Below are positions 37,201 to 46,500 of a stretch of DNA of 64,000 nucleotides, piece by piece. Position 1 is the stretch's first letter. The number at the start of each line of letters is the position of its first letter. Position numbers and translations under genes: made by a program. The DNA comes from an uncultured Flavobacteriales bacterium (GTDB taxonomy: Bacteria > Bacteroidota > Bacteroidia > Flavobacteriales_F > PHOS-HE28), in assembly GCA_963706125.1 (NCBI GenBank), contig CAVPLQ010000002.1, positions 208,254 through 272,253 of the forward strand. The letters run 5' to 3'. A model generated the notes under the pieces. The model ran no database searches. It saw only the letters and a list, made by a program, of their open reading frames with translations, and was not told where the DNA came from.

Positions 37201-39461
37201 GTGGCCACGTTCACCGTCACCTTGCTGGTATCGTTCGGGCAAGGCGTTAGGCCGGTCACCACGTAGCGGTAAACCCCTGGAGGCGTGACGCCCGGCGTGA
37301 ACGTCGCAGGCACGGTCGCATTGGCCGCGTTTCTCCATGTTCCCCCCGGATCAGGCGGACCGCCGAGGATCGTGGCCATGTTGAAAGGCGGATTGGTGCT
37401 GCACTGCGGAGTGGTCGCATCCACACCCGCGTTGGGTGCCTGGTTCTCCACGACTTGGACAGTGGCGCTCACATTGGGGCAAGGTGTGGTCCCGGTAACG
37501 GTATAGGTGTACGTTCCGGCCGGATGTGCCGCGTTCGAGGGCTGGTAGTTGCCACCGGCCAATACCCCGCCCGGCGGTGTGGGCTTCGTCCACGATCCGC
37601 CCGTGTTCGGCGTTCCGCCCAAGTGGGTGAAGAGATTGTCGTTAGGGCTGGTGCTGCACAAGGTCACGGAGCCGTTGCTTCCAGCATTCGCAGCAGGGAC
37701 CACAGTAACGGTGACCTTCGCGGTGGCGTCCACACATGGCGAGGTGCCCGTCACGCGGTAGGTGTAATCACCGGACGGGCTCGTAGCGGGATTGAACGTG
37801 CCGGAAGGCACCGGGCTTCCCCCCGGACCCGTCCAAGTGCCGCCCACGTCGGGGTTGCCCTTCAACCGGGGGAACAACGCGAATGTGCCTTCGCTGCTGC
37901 ATACGCTGAACGTGCTGTCGAGCCCAGCATTCGGCGCCTGTATCACCGATACGTTCACCGTGGACGTGGCCGGTAAGCATGGTGACAGGCCTGTGACCGT
38001 ATAGGTGTACGTGCCTGGCGGGGTGGTGCCCGGAACAAAATTACCGGACGGGAATGGCAGGTTGTCCGGGCCTTTCCAAGTTCCCGTGGTTGCTGGTGTT
38101 CCCCCAAGCTGTGAACGGAGTAAAAAGGAGGCGTCATTGGAGCATTTCACCACGCTCACACTGGTGCCGGCATTGGGCGCAGTGCGCACGGTAACGTTAA
38201 CGGTGGCGACCGCAGGGTCACATGGCGCTTGCCCGGCAACGTGGTAGGCGTAAGCTCCGCCCGGATCGGTGCTTGGCTGGAACTGGCCGGAGTGGGCACC
38301 ATCAGGACCGCTCCATGTGCCACCGACATCAGGCGTTCCGCCCAATGAATCGATCAGGTTGAAAACAGCTCCGTCGCTACACACGGTGACCGATCGGTCC
38401 GAACCCGCATTGGGCGCGGTGCGCACCGTGATCGTGAGCGCGGCGCTGGCATCGGAACAGGGTCCGGTGCCGGTCACCGTATAGGTGTACGGCCCCGGTG
38501 CCGAGGTGCCGGGAGTGAACGTGTCGCTACCACCGGGTGACCAGGTACCTCCCGGGGCTGGCGTGCCCCCCAATTGGGAACGCATGCTGAACGGGGCATC
38601 ATCGCTGCACACCGTGATGCTGCGGCTGGTGCCTGCATTGGGTGCCGTCACCACCGTAACCACCACGTTCGCGGAGGCATTGGGGCAGGGAGGTGCGCCG
38701 TTCACCGTGTACACGTACGTGCCCGCAACGGAAGTTCCCGGTGTGAAGATGTTGCTGACCGGGTTTCCCGACAAGGTCCAAGCACCGCCGCCGTCAGGGG
38801 ATCCATTGAGGCGGGTGAAGAGGTCGACCGCCGGGCCATTGCTACAGGTGTTCAAGGTGCCGGAAGTACCGGCATTGGGCAGCGAGTTTACCGTTACCAC
38901 CACGTTCGCGGAGGCGTTCGGGCAGGGGGGTGTGCCCGTCACCGTATAGGTATACGTGCCCGGTGGCGAAGTACCCGGAGTGAACGTGTTGCTGACCGGA
39001 TTTCCCAAGAACTTCCAAGACCCTCCCGGTTGCGGCGAATCGCCAAGACGGGTGAACAGATCGACCGGGGGACCATTGATGCATGTGGTGAGCGTGCCCG
39101 GCGTTCCCGCTGAAGGAAGGGCATGGACCGTAACTGTAACGGTCGCACTTGAAAGTCCGACAGTGTAGGTGAAGACCCCGGGTGTGTCCGTTGCTGGATC
39201 GAAAGTCCCGGGATGGGCCGCTGGCCCGCTCCATGTACCACCCGCATCGGGTGTCCCGTTCAAGCTGTCGATCAACTGGACCGCGGCGCCGTTACTGCAC
39301 AGGGTAGCGCTGCCATTGGTCCCGGGGTCCGCCGCCCCAAGGATTTCCACGGTGGAAATTCCGTTCAAGGTCCGAACCTCGGCGCATGCCGGGATGTGCA
39401 TAGCCATGGCCAGCGAAAACAGCACTGGCAAGAGATTCAGAAGAGGCCTGTTCGCGGTCAT
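31233..39461 (-). CDS. Large Cys-containing repeat adhesin (about 31 x 80-aa units) with gliding-motility-associated type B CTD
   Basis: Repeats AG.......C......L...LGG.P..GG.W...F.P.....G.Y.Y.V.G..PC; C-terminus FTPNGDGIND...IFNRWG...WDG...GTYYY...GFIYLNR; ATG 39461 gives a signal peptide. Confidence 0.9.
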   Translation of the reverse strand: MTANRPLLNLLPVLFSLAMAMHIPACAEVRTLNGISTVEILGAADPGTNGSATLCSNGAAVQLIDSLNGTPDAGGTWSGPAAHPGTFDPATDTPGVFTYTVGLSSATVTVTVHALPSAGTPGTLTTCINGPPVDLFTRLGDSPQPGGSWKFLGNPVSNTFTPGTSPPGTYTYTVTGTPPCPNASANVVVTVNSLPNAGTSGTLNTCSNGPAVDLFTRLNGSPDGGGAWTLSGNPVSNIFTPGTSVAGTYVYTVNGAPPCPNASANVVVTVVTAPNAGTSRSITVCSDDAPFSMRSQLGGTPAPGGTWSPGGSDTFTPGTSAPGPYTYTVTGTGPCSDASAALTITVRTAPNAGSDRSVTVCSDGAVFNLIDSLGGTPDVGGTWSGPDGAHSGQFQPSTDPGGAYAYHVAGQAPCDPAVATVNVTVRTAPNAGTSVSVVKCSNDASFLLRSQLGGTPATTGTWKGPDNLPFPSGNFVPGTTPPGTYTYTVTGLSPCLPATSTVNVSVIQAPNAGLDSTFSVCSSEGTFALFPRLKGNPDVGGTWTGPGGSPVPSGTFNPATSPSGDYTYRVTGTSPCVDATAKVTVTVVPAANAGSNGSVTLCSTSPNDNLFTHLGGTPNTGGSWTKPTPPGGVLAGGNYQPSNAAHPAGTYTYTVTGTTPCPNVSATVQVVENQAPNAGVDATTPQCSTNPPFNMATILGGPPDPGGTWRNAANATVPATFTPGVTPPGVYRYVVTGLTPCPNDTSKVTVNVATAPKAGTNGATVVCSDDAPVDLFALLGGNPDAGGTWKDPNNQNNNGAYVPGPGAVQGGYTYTVTGISPCANASAVVTVTQHRRPVAGTDAPLPLCSTDDPVNIFNSLGGTPDAGGMWTGPGGTSSNGVFIPSAAGTFAYTYKVTGTAPCGPDSATVTVTVTQAPNAGTNGTLTICSGQNTVDLFDGLGGTPDMNGTWSEVTVTGRLSTHFFNPGTPTQLPPGNYDFRYIVPASGLCMADTATVRVTIVPLLDAGNNGTKNVCNTETQVNLFTGLGGSPQPGGVWVDLDATGQVTGQYFNANGQGVGAYHFRYRLTGALGCNSDSATVTVNVIAGPNAGHEGFVTFCSDGSSAGLFSYISPADGGGTWRKPAPGNEVFGGTYVPSTFDPGDYTYTVSGTAPCSAAVAVVHVSETPTPNAGNSAVTTVCENGPSFNMTGLLGGTPDLNGTWVDPDGMGHTNIFVPGLDLPGVYLYTVAGTSPCGDKTRSLTVNVNTVPNAGGANAITVCGNATGFPLFGLLTGASTGGTWFDPGMVVFPSGYYTPGLSQPGTYTYRVTGVLPCGVAEGTVTVFETDPPEAGRDTSLAFCLDGAAMQLVNLLGGPHDQTGTWTGPAPSQAYFSGTFQPGINSPGVYTYHVSGEPPCADDSSKVTVSVITPPDPGTSRTIYVCQSNIPIVMVDSLGGSPDQNGSWVTLPGQAPHNPVFIPNTPGTFSFRYIVPGAPNSPCGPRHSALTFIVTAAPIAGGDGNLILCSTSGITPMFPSLTGNPEPGGTWMYNGLSHGSNFNPNPNGDLAGTYTYTVTGGGGTGCANATANVTVAVNQAPNAGSNKVTFICAPPNTIFVLSGALNGNPDPGGTWTLNGITESEIYQADYYGPGVHVFTYTVQGQSPCATATAQATIIQNKKPSAGISTSVNVCSDGPDVDMFNLLGPSADSTGNWINASGTFASSVFVPHDHPPGTYVYRYIVEGDAPCVNDTATVSITVNRKPQAGISTAPQICRNSQLLALLSLLGGMPDANGSWSYQPAVGPAVPHGPIFDPATDPAGAYVYTVTGSAPCTNSTATVQITLIDPPDAGLFGTMSVCVSECAVVLRDGLLGIPQAGGTWTDINASGHLSNGIFNACAVAAGVYRFRYTVAGIGPCAQDTASVAVTVSPELDAGNDTSVVLCLSELVDLTPYLAGNPQPGGTWTGDESQVGLINGVLNCSAAGVGIHHYRYVLSGSSNCQPDTAILTVTIQTGPQAGSDGNTTACSSSDDIDLFLQIGNPHDMNGTWYFPGNGGALAGSSVDPATDPSGAYHYVVPAIGDCAADTSVVNVTIIQAVSAGTDGTLSFCSNGASQYLSTGLTGSPDTTGHWTFGSPPVAHGPVYNPAIDMPGNYVYTVVGQTPCSNASASVFVTETQAPYAGDDDSYTFCSSEGSFNMRDQLAGNPQSGGTWRRDGSPPTAHGSTYNPAEDSSGVFLYIRTGTGACANDTARLTVTEVRAPQPGQNASLNVCPTDTAVNLFAALGPTADSTGVWTDSNNVVLEDSLFDATQSIIGTYVFTYTVAGTSPCNDSTATVTVNVGAGLNAGTGSNDTICGALTAYDLFQSLGGAPDPGGVWSEQTGVDAISGNFLNATVLAPGFFYSIAYTLNDIACGQVQSVVQMFIAPYPDPGPDTTVTVCATSATFILDVLLGHADAGGNWTAPDGTPTDNSFDPATDPAGVYSYHLTGSAYCADTLARVTIVVNPTANAGGDGAAQVCNDEQVTLFPLLSGGAQTGGTWTDLDGSGALMGGTVNAAGLNAGQYRFRYTVDVQGCPSDSSEVALLVVDGVTVSDVQRICNEQDRTYVVSFKLTGGTPMSYAVTGGPGTLSSVAPYVFTSAPIFTSQPFAFQADDANHCTPRTVEGNTPCQFQDEVFVPESFTPNGDGINDNFTIPGIEGYPGNNIVIFNRWGGEVYKAAGYDNVRTVWDGSSPKALVPGDASTGTYYYVLDLGDGSDPLKGFIYLNR

Positions 39462-39629
39462 CGCATACCCGGCGACCGGAGGTTTTCCGGGCACTTTATG
39501 GTGCCGCAAGATAGAGAAACCGCAACGATCACGGGCCATACGCAAGCGGTGACACCCACTAATGCCGACCAAGTCACTTCCCTGCTCGACGTATCGCACG
39601 ATTAACCGGACCTATCCCGCTTTGGAGAC

Positions 39630-40568
39630 TTAGGGCGTGGGAGCCAAGGCTTTTTCGGCATTCGGCGCTGGTGGTTCCTTCCCAAATGTCACCGCGAGCA
39701 TGACCTCATGCGTGCCTGAAGTGTAATTCCGAAGTCCTGTAGTGGTCAGGTCATAGCTGTAGCCGAATTGGAATGTTTTCTTCAACCAATATCCGACCAT
39801 GAGGCTGATGGCGTCCTCGGTCCTGTATGTGGCGCCGATCCAGACCATGTCCCGGTACCTCAAGGTGGCGGTGAGGTCGATCTTCGGCGGGACCGGGTCC
39901 ACGTATTTCAGCAGAAAGGACGGCTCCAGCTTCAGGTCCTCACCGATCGGGATGCGATAGCCGCCCATGGCATAATAATGGGCCGCCAACTGGCTCAGGC
40001 TTTGGTCATTTTCATCGTAGAACCACACTTGGTTCCTCAGCAATTGCGGCGCGGTCGCCCCGAACCACCATTTTTCATGGTGCAGGTATACACCGAAGGT
40101 GGCGTCGGGCATCAGTGAACCGCGCAATTGATCGTCCATTAAAGGTTCGTCGGCATCGTGGAACTGGATCTTCGAGCCATCGATCAAGTACTGGAGCATG
40201 CCGAAGGAAAGGCCCATGCCGAGCTTGATCTTGTCATTGATCTTCAGGTGATAGGCATAGCTGATCTGCATGCCGGTGCGCCGTGATGGCCCTACGTTGT
40301 CCGTGAAGACATAGCCGCCCAGTCCCATGTTGCTGCCCAAGGGCGTGGTTGCGCTGAGGACGAAGGTGCGCGGGGCGTCCTGAATGCCCACCCATTGGTT
40401 GCGGTGAGCGCTTCGGATCTCGAACCAAGGCCGGCTGCCTGCCACAGCGGGGTCGTACAGATAATCTTGGCTGTTGTACTGGCTGAACTGCGGTAACTGC
40501 TGTGCCCGCAAGGCCTGCAGGGACGATCCGGCGATCAGGAGAAGGAGGAGGTGTCGCATGGTGTCCAT
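39630..40568 (-). CDS. PorP/SprF family T9SS membrane protein
   Basis: QQLPQFSQY...DPAVAG, RNQWVG..DAPRT, GYSYD, GTHEVM. Confidence 0.9.
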   Translation of the reverse strand: MDTMRHLLLLLIAGSSLQALRAQQLPQFSQYNSQDYLYDPAVAGSRPWFEIRSAHRNQWVGIQDAPRTFVLSATTPLGSNMGLGGYVFTDNVGPSRRTGMQISYAYHLKINDKIKLGMGLSFGMLQYLIDGSKIQFHDADEPLMDDQLRGSLMPDATFGVYLHHEKWWFGATAPQLLRNQVWFYDENDQSLSQLAAHYYAMGGYRIPIGEDLKLEPSFLLKYVDPVPPKIDLTATLRYRDMVWIGATYRTEDAISLMVGYWLKKTFQFGYSYDLTTTGLRNYTSGTHEVMLAVTFGKEPPAPNAEKALAPTP

Positions 40569-40571
40569 GGG

Positions 40572-43500
40572 TTATCGGATCACAGTGAGCGGTCCGGTGA
40601 GCGCATCCGGGAAGCGCGGGTCGTGCAGTTCGATCACGTAGTAGTACGTGCCCATCGGAACGGTCTTCCCATCGTACTTGCCGTCCCACGGCACGGCATA
40701 GCCCACGCTTCGGAACAGAGGTTCGCCCCATCGGCTGAACACTTGGACATCGAGGTCCGGGAACAGCATGGCGAAGTCCAGCACCCAGGTGTCGTTGTGC
40801 CCATCGCCGTTGGGCGTAAAGCCGCTGGGGACCTTCACTTCGGGAACGACCGTCACCAGCACCGAGTCGAGGCTGACACAGCCGTCCGGACCCACAACGG
40901 TGAGGATGAACCATGTGGTGCTGCTGACCGTGGCAGTGGGGTTCGGCATGTCGGGATGGTCCAACAAGGTGTCCGGTTGCCACGCGAACGTGCTTCCCGG
41001 AGGTCCGGAAGGCGATCCGCCCAACTCCGTGGTGCCTTGCACATAGATGACCCGGTCGTCGCCCGCATCAGCGATCGGCGTGGGCAGCACCGTGATCACT
41101 ACCGTATCGGCATCAGAACAGACTCCGTCCGCGACGTTAAGTACGAATGTGTACGTGCCGTCGGAAAGCGCTCCAAGGTCAATGACCGGGTCCGTTCCAA
41201 TGGTCCTTCCTTGGGCGTCGGACCATTCGTAGGTGCTTGCACCCTGGCTGGCGGAAGCGTCCAATATGATCAGCACATCCGAGCATTCCACGCGGTCCGG
41301 CCCGGCATCGGCCACTACCGAGTTCAGCGCTCCGACCACGATGGTGCTGGTGATCTGGCAATCGTTGAGGTCCGTCACCGTCACCTCATAGGTCCCGGGC
41401 AGCACCGCATTGAGGTCCTCATCGCTGAAAGTGAACCCATCGGGGCCGAACCATTCGACCGTGTAGCCCGGAACACCGCCAGTGATCGAAATGGAGATCG
41501 CACCATCGCTCGCCGTATTGCAGCTTGCCGATATAACGGTGTCCGTGAACAAGGTCAACGCCGGCGGCTGCGTGATGCTATAGCTGACGGTGGTATCGCA
41601 GCCCACGGCATCCGTGATGGTAACGGACCAGTTGTCCGGGCACAGTTGACTTACCGAGGCCGTGCCTTGCCCGGTGCCGGGTTCGGGGGTCCAGGCATAG
41701 GTGAGGTTGCCCACGCCACCTGAAACGGCCAGGTCGATGCTGCCATCGCATGCGCCGTTGCAGAACACTTGCTGCACCGTGGCCACGGGCGTGATCGGCA
41801 TGAACGGGGCGATGGTGAAGGCGTACGTGGTATCGCATCCCGCGCCGTCGGAGATCGTCACCGTCCAATTCCCGGGGCATAACCCGCTCACCTGCTCGGT
41901 GCCTTGGCCGGTCGGGTTGCCCGGCTGCCAATTGTAGGCGTACCCGGACCCTGTTCCACCGGTGGGCGCCACCGCCGCGCTACCATCGCAGGGGCCGTTG
42001 CAGCTTTCGCCAAGGAAGGTGAGGTTCGCTTCGATCGGCGCACCTGTCGCCACGGTGAACGGTGTCGTCACCGAACAGCCGTGCGCGTCCATGACCGTCA
42101 CGATGTGATCGCCCCCACAGAGCCCGAACACATCCTGCACGTCCTGATCGAGCACACCACCATCGGGACCCGTCCAAGTGATCGAATAAGGTGACACGCC
42201 CCCGGCGACATCCACATGGGCCGTGGCCACGCAATCGTTAAAGCAGACGTTGTCCGTGTGCGTCAGGTCCACCGTGAGGACCGGCGGATCGGTGAGCGTG
42301 AGCGTGAAGGTGGTATCGCAACCGTGCGTGTCGGTGAAGGTCACGCTCCACGCGTCCGCACAGAGGCCGGTCACTGTGTTGGTGCCCTGCCCCATATCCG
42401 GCTCCGGCGACCATTGATAGGTCAAGGTGCCAGTGCCGCCTTGGCCCATCACGGTGATGCTGCCGTCGCACGCACCGTTGCAGGTAATGGGCACCACCAC
42501 GGCCGTGGCGGTGATCGGCTGAGGCGAAAGGATCAGCACGTCCTGGGTGATCGAGCATCCCGCCAGATCGGTGATCGTCACGGAATACGTGCCTGCGCAC
42601 AGGTCGACCACATGCGGGGTGCCTTGCGCTGTGCCCGAGCCCAACACCCAATCGTACTCATAGCCACCGGCCCCGCCCGTGGGACCGACCGTGGCCGTGC
42701 CGTCGCAGTCGCCTGCGCAGGTCACCGGCGTGGTGCTGAGATTGGCCACGATGGGGTCCGGCGCGATCACGTTCGCGGTGTCGATGGTGGTGCATCCCAA
42801 GCCATTCGTCACCTGCACGAAATACGTTCCCGCGCAGAGATCGGAAAGCGTGTTGCCCGGCTCGTTCAGATCGGTCCCTCCGGCATTGAACCAAGCGATG
42901 CTGCAGTTCGGCTCGGTGCAATCAAAGGTCGCCGTTACCTCGCCGTCGCAATAGTCCGGGCAGGTGAGGTTGAAGTCGGTAGTGGTCACCACCTCCCCGC
43001 CCACATCGCTCACGGGCACGGGCGTTTCCACCATGCATCCGTGGGCATCCACCACGCGCACCAAATACAATCCCGCGCACAAGTCGGTGATGGTGCTGTC
43101 CGTGCCGATGGGCGCTCCGCTTTGCAGCCATGTGATCACATAAGGGGCTGTTCCGCCTGCGGGGATCACCGATGCCGTTCCGTTGCAGATGCTACATGTG
43201 CTCAAGGTCGAACTCGCGACCGCCGTGAGCGGAGCAGGCTCGGTGATGGTGAAGGTGAGGGTGGTATCGCAGCCGTTGAGGTCCGCCACCGTCACCGACC
43301 AATCACCCGGGCAGAGATCGAACGCGCCATTGCTTCCGGGACCGTTCGGAGGCATTGGGGACCATACGTAGGAGTAGAAGCCGTTCCCGCCGGAAGGGGA
43401 AAGCACGATGCTACCGTCGCAGGCCCCGTTGCAGGAGACTTGCGTCATTTGGGCATTGACCGTCAATGGCTGCGGCGCGGTGATCAATAGGCTCACCACG

Positions 43501-46500
43501 GTATCGCATCCGGTGGAATCCGCGATGGTCACAGTATATACGCCAGGGCAGAGACCGGTGGCGTGGGGCGTGTTCTGCCCACCGGGCGGCGGCGGGTTCC
43601 ACGTGTAGGTATAAGGTGCGTTCCCGCCAGTGGGCCCCACCGTGGCCGTTCCATCACAGAGGTCATGGCAGCTCACGGGCGTGGTGGAAAGGTTGGGTAT
43701 GATCACTTGGGAAGGCACCACATAAGCCGTGTCGATGGTCGTGCATCCGCTGCCGTTCAGCACTTGCACGAGGTAGGCCCCCGAGCACAAGCCGGACAAC
43801 GTGTCCTGACCTTGGGCCAACTGGTTACCGGACATGTCGAGCCAGGTAACGGTGCATGCGGCATCGGAACAGTTGTAGGACACGCTCACCTCACCGTCAC
43901 AGGAATTGGCGCACAGGGTCTGCCCGTCGATCGCGGTGATCGTTTCCCCGTTGGCATCGGGCACCACCACGGTCTGCATCGCGGAGCAGCCATGCGCATC
44001 CGTCACGGTGGCCACATAGATACCGGCGCACAGGTCCGTCAACGTTTGTCCGGAACCGATCGCCGCACCGCCTTGGGTCCATTGAATGTCGAACGTGCCG
44101 GAACCGCCGGTCACCATCATCGTGGCCGTGCCATCACAGACCGTGCAATTGCTCTCCGTACTAGACCCGGACAGCGTCAACGGCTGGGGATCGGTCAGGG
44201 TGAAGCTGAGAATGGTATCGCAGCCGTTGGCATCGGCCACGGTCACGGACCATGTTCCCGGACAAAGCCCGCTGGCCGTGCCCGTTCCCTGCCCGAAGGG
44301 AGGAGCCGGAGACCACGTGTAGCCGAGCGCGCCGGTGCCGCCTTGCGCATCCACAGTGATGGCCCCGTCGCACTGGCCGGGGCATGAGATATCGGTCACG
44401 GTCGCATCCAAGGTAATGGGAGACGGAGCGGTGATGAGCACGCTGAAGGTGGCATCGCAGCCGCCTTGGTCATGCACGAAAATGTCGTAGCTGCCCGGGC
44501 ATAATCCCGTGACATGGGGCGCATTCGGGCCTCCCCCGGGCAGCGGGCTCCAGGCATAATCGAAGGGTCCCACACCACCGACAACGCCGATGGTGGCCGT
44601 TCCGTCGCACAGGTTGGCGCAACTGGCCGGGGTGCTGCTGATGTTGGCCGTCAGCGGTGCCGGTTCGGTGACAAAAGCCGTATCGATGCTGATACAACCG
44701 TTGCCGTTGGTCACGATCGCAAGGTAGCTGCCTGCGCATAGCCCGGTGATCGTGCCGCTCTGGCCCAGGTCATTCCCTTGCAGGTCCAGCCAGTTCAGTT
44801 CGCAAGGTGCGACACTGCAGTTGTAGGCCACGGAGACCGTTCCGTCGCAGACGTTCGGGCAGCTCGTGACCCCATCGGTCATGGTGAGCACCTCGCCGTC
44901 ATCATCGGCCACGGCAACCACCAGTTGCACGGAACATCCGGAAGCATCCGTGATCACGACCGGGTAGACACCACCGCACAGGTCGATCCGGAGGCTGTCT
45001 GTGGTGGTGATGTTCAGCGGCGGTCCCCAGAAGAAGGAGTACGGCGCGTTCCCGCCGGATACATGCAGTTGCACAGCACCGTCACAGACGCCGCAATGGC
45101 TGGGGGTCACATCAGCACTCGCAACGATCGGCAAGGGTTCGGTAAGGGTGAAGGTGACCGTAGTGTCGCAACCATTGGCATCCGCGATCGCCACGGTCCA
45201 ATCACCGGCGCAGAGTTGGCCCACGTGTGCGGTCCCCTGTCCTTGTGGTGGCTCCGGCGTCCATGTGTAGGTGGATCCGCCGGTACCGCCCTGTGTGTCG
45301 AGGTCGATGGCCCCGGTGCATTCCCCGCCACAATCGATGGGCGTGACCGAGGCGTTGGGATCGATCGGTGCCGGGGCGGTGATGGTGAAGTTCAAAGTGG
45401 TGTCACATCCGTCGGCATCGCTCACGATCACTTGGTAATTCCCCGAGCAGAGTCCCGTGGCCAGAGTGTCGCCCTGTCCGTTTGCAGGCTCGGGGATCCA
45501 GAAATACGTGTAAGGCAAGGCACCGCCGGTGGTGGCCATTACCGTGGCCGAGCCATCGCATGTGTTCGAGCAAGTCGCAGGTGAAAGGCTGAGCACGGGC
45601 TCGATCGGCACAAACGCCTGCACCGTGAACGCCACCGTGGTGTCACAGCCGTTCCCGTCGGTGATGGTGACGGTATAATTCACGCCGACGCACAGCCCCG
45701 TAACGGCGTTGGTGCCTTGCCCGGTGCCCGGGTCCGGCACCCACACATAGCCGAACGTTCCGCTTCCCCCGGTGGGGGCTGCGTCGGCCTCACCGGTGCA
45801 GGTCCCGGCGCAGTTTTCAGCTCGCAAGGTCAGGTTGGGCTGGATGGGCGGGGGCGCGAGGATGTTGAATGTGATCGTGGTGTCGCAACCCGCTTGGTCC
45901 GTTACGGTAACGGAGGCGGGACCTTGGCACAGTCCAGTGACATGGTCCGTGCCTTGCCCAGTGGCCGGTTCCGGCGTCCATTGATAGCCGAAGACCCCGG
46001 CACCTCCGGAGGCCGTCACCGTGGCCTCGCCGGTGCATTCATTCCAGCAAAGCCCGTCCACGGTGGTCACGCTTACTACGATGGGTGAATTGGGCAGTAT
46101 AGTAAAGCACCACGTGGTGTCACAGCCCGCACCGTCGGTCACCGTCACGCACCAATCGCCGGCGCAAAGACCGCTGACCGAGTTCGTGCCCGCACCCACC
46201 GGTGGCGCTGGCGACCAAGTGTAGGTGAACGTTCCGTTCCCGCCGGTGGGCGAAACGGTGGCGGTACCATCGCAAGGACCGTTGCAACTTTCATTGGTGA
46301 ACACGCCGTGCGGGTCGATCGCATCGGGCGATCCCACCGTGAAGACCAACGTGGTATCACAGCCGGCCTGATCGCCGATGGTCACCGTCCAAATGCCGGG
46401 GCATAGGCCGTCGACCGATCCAGTGCCTTGGCCGGTACCGGGCTCAGGCAGCCATGTCCAGATATAGGGTTCCACCCCGCCGGTGGCCGTCACGTCGATC

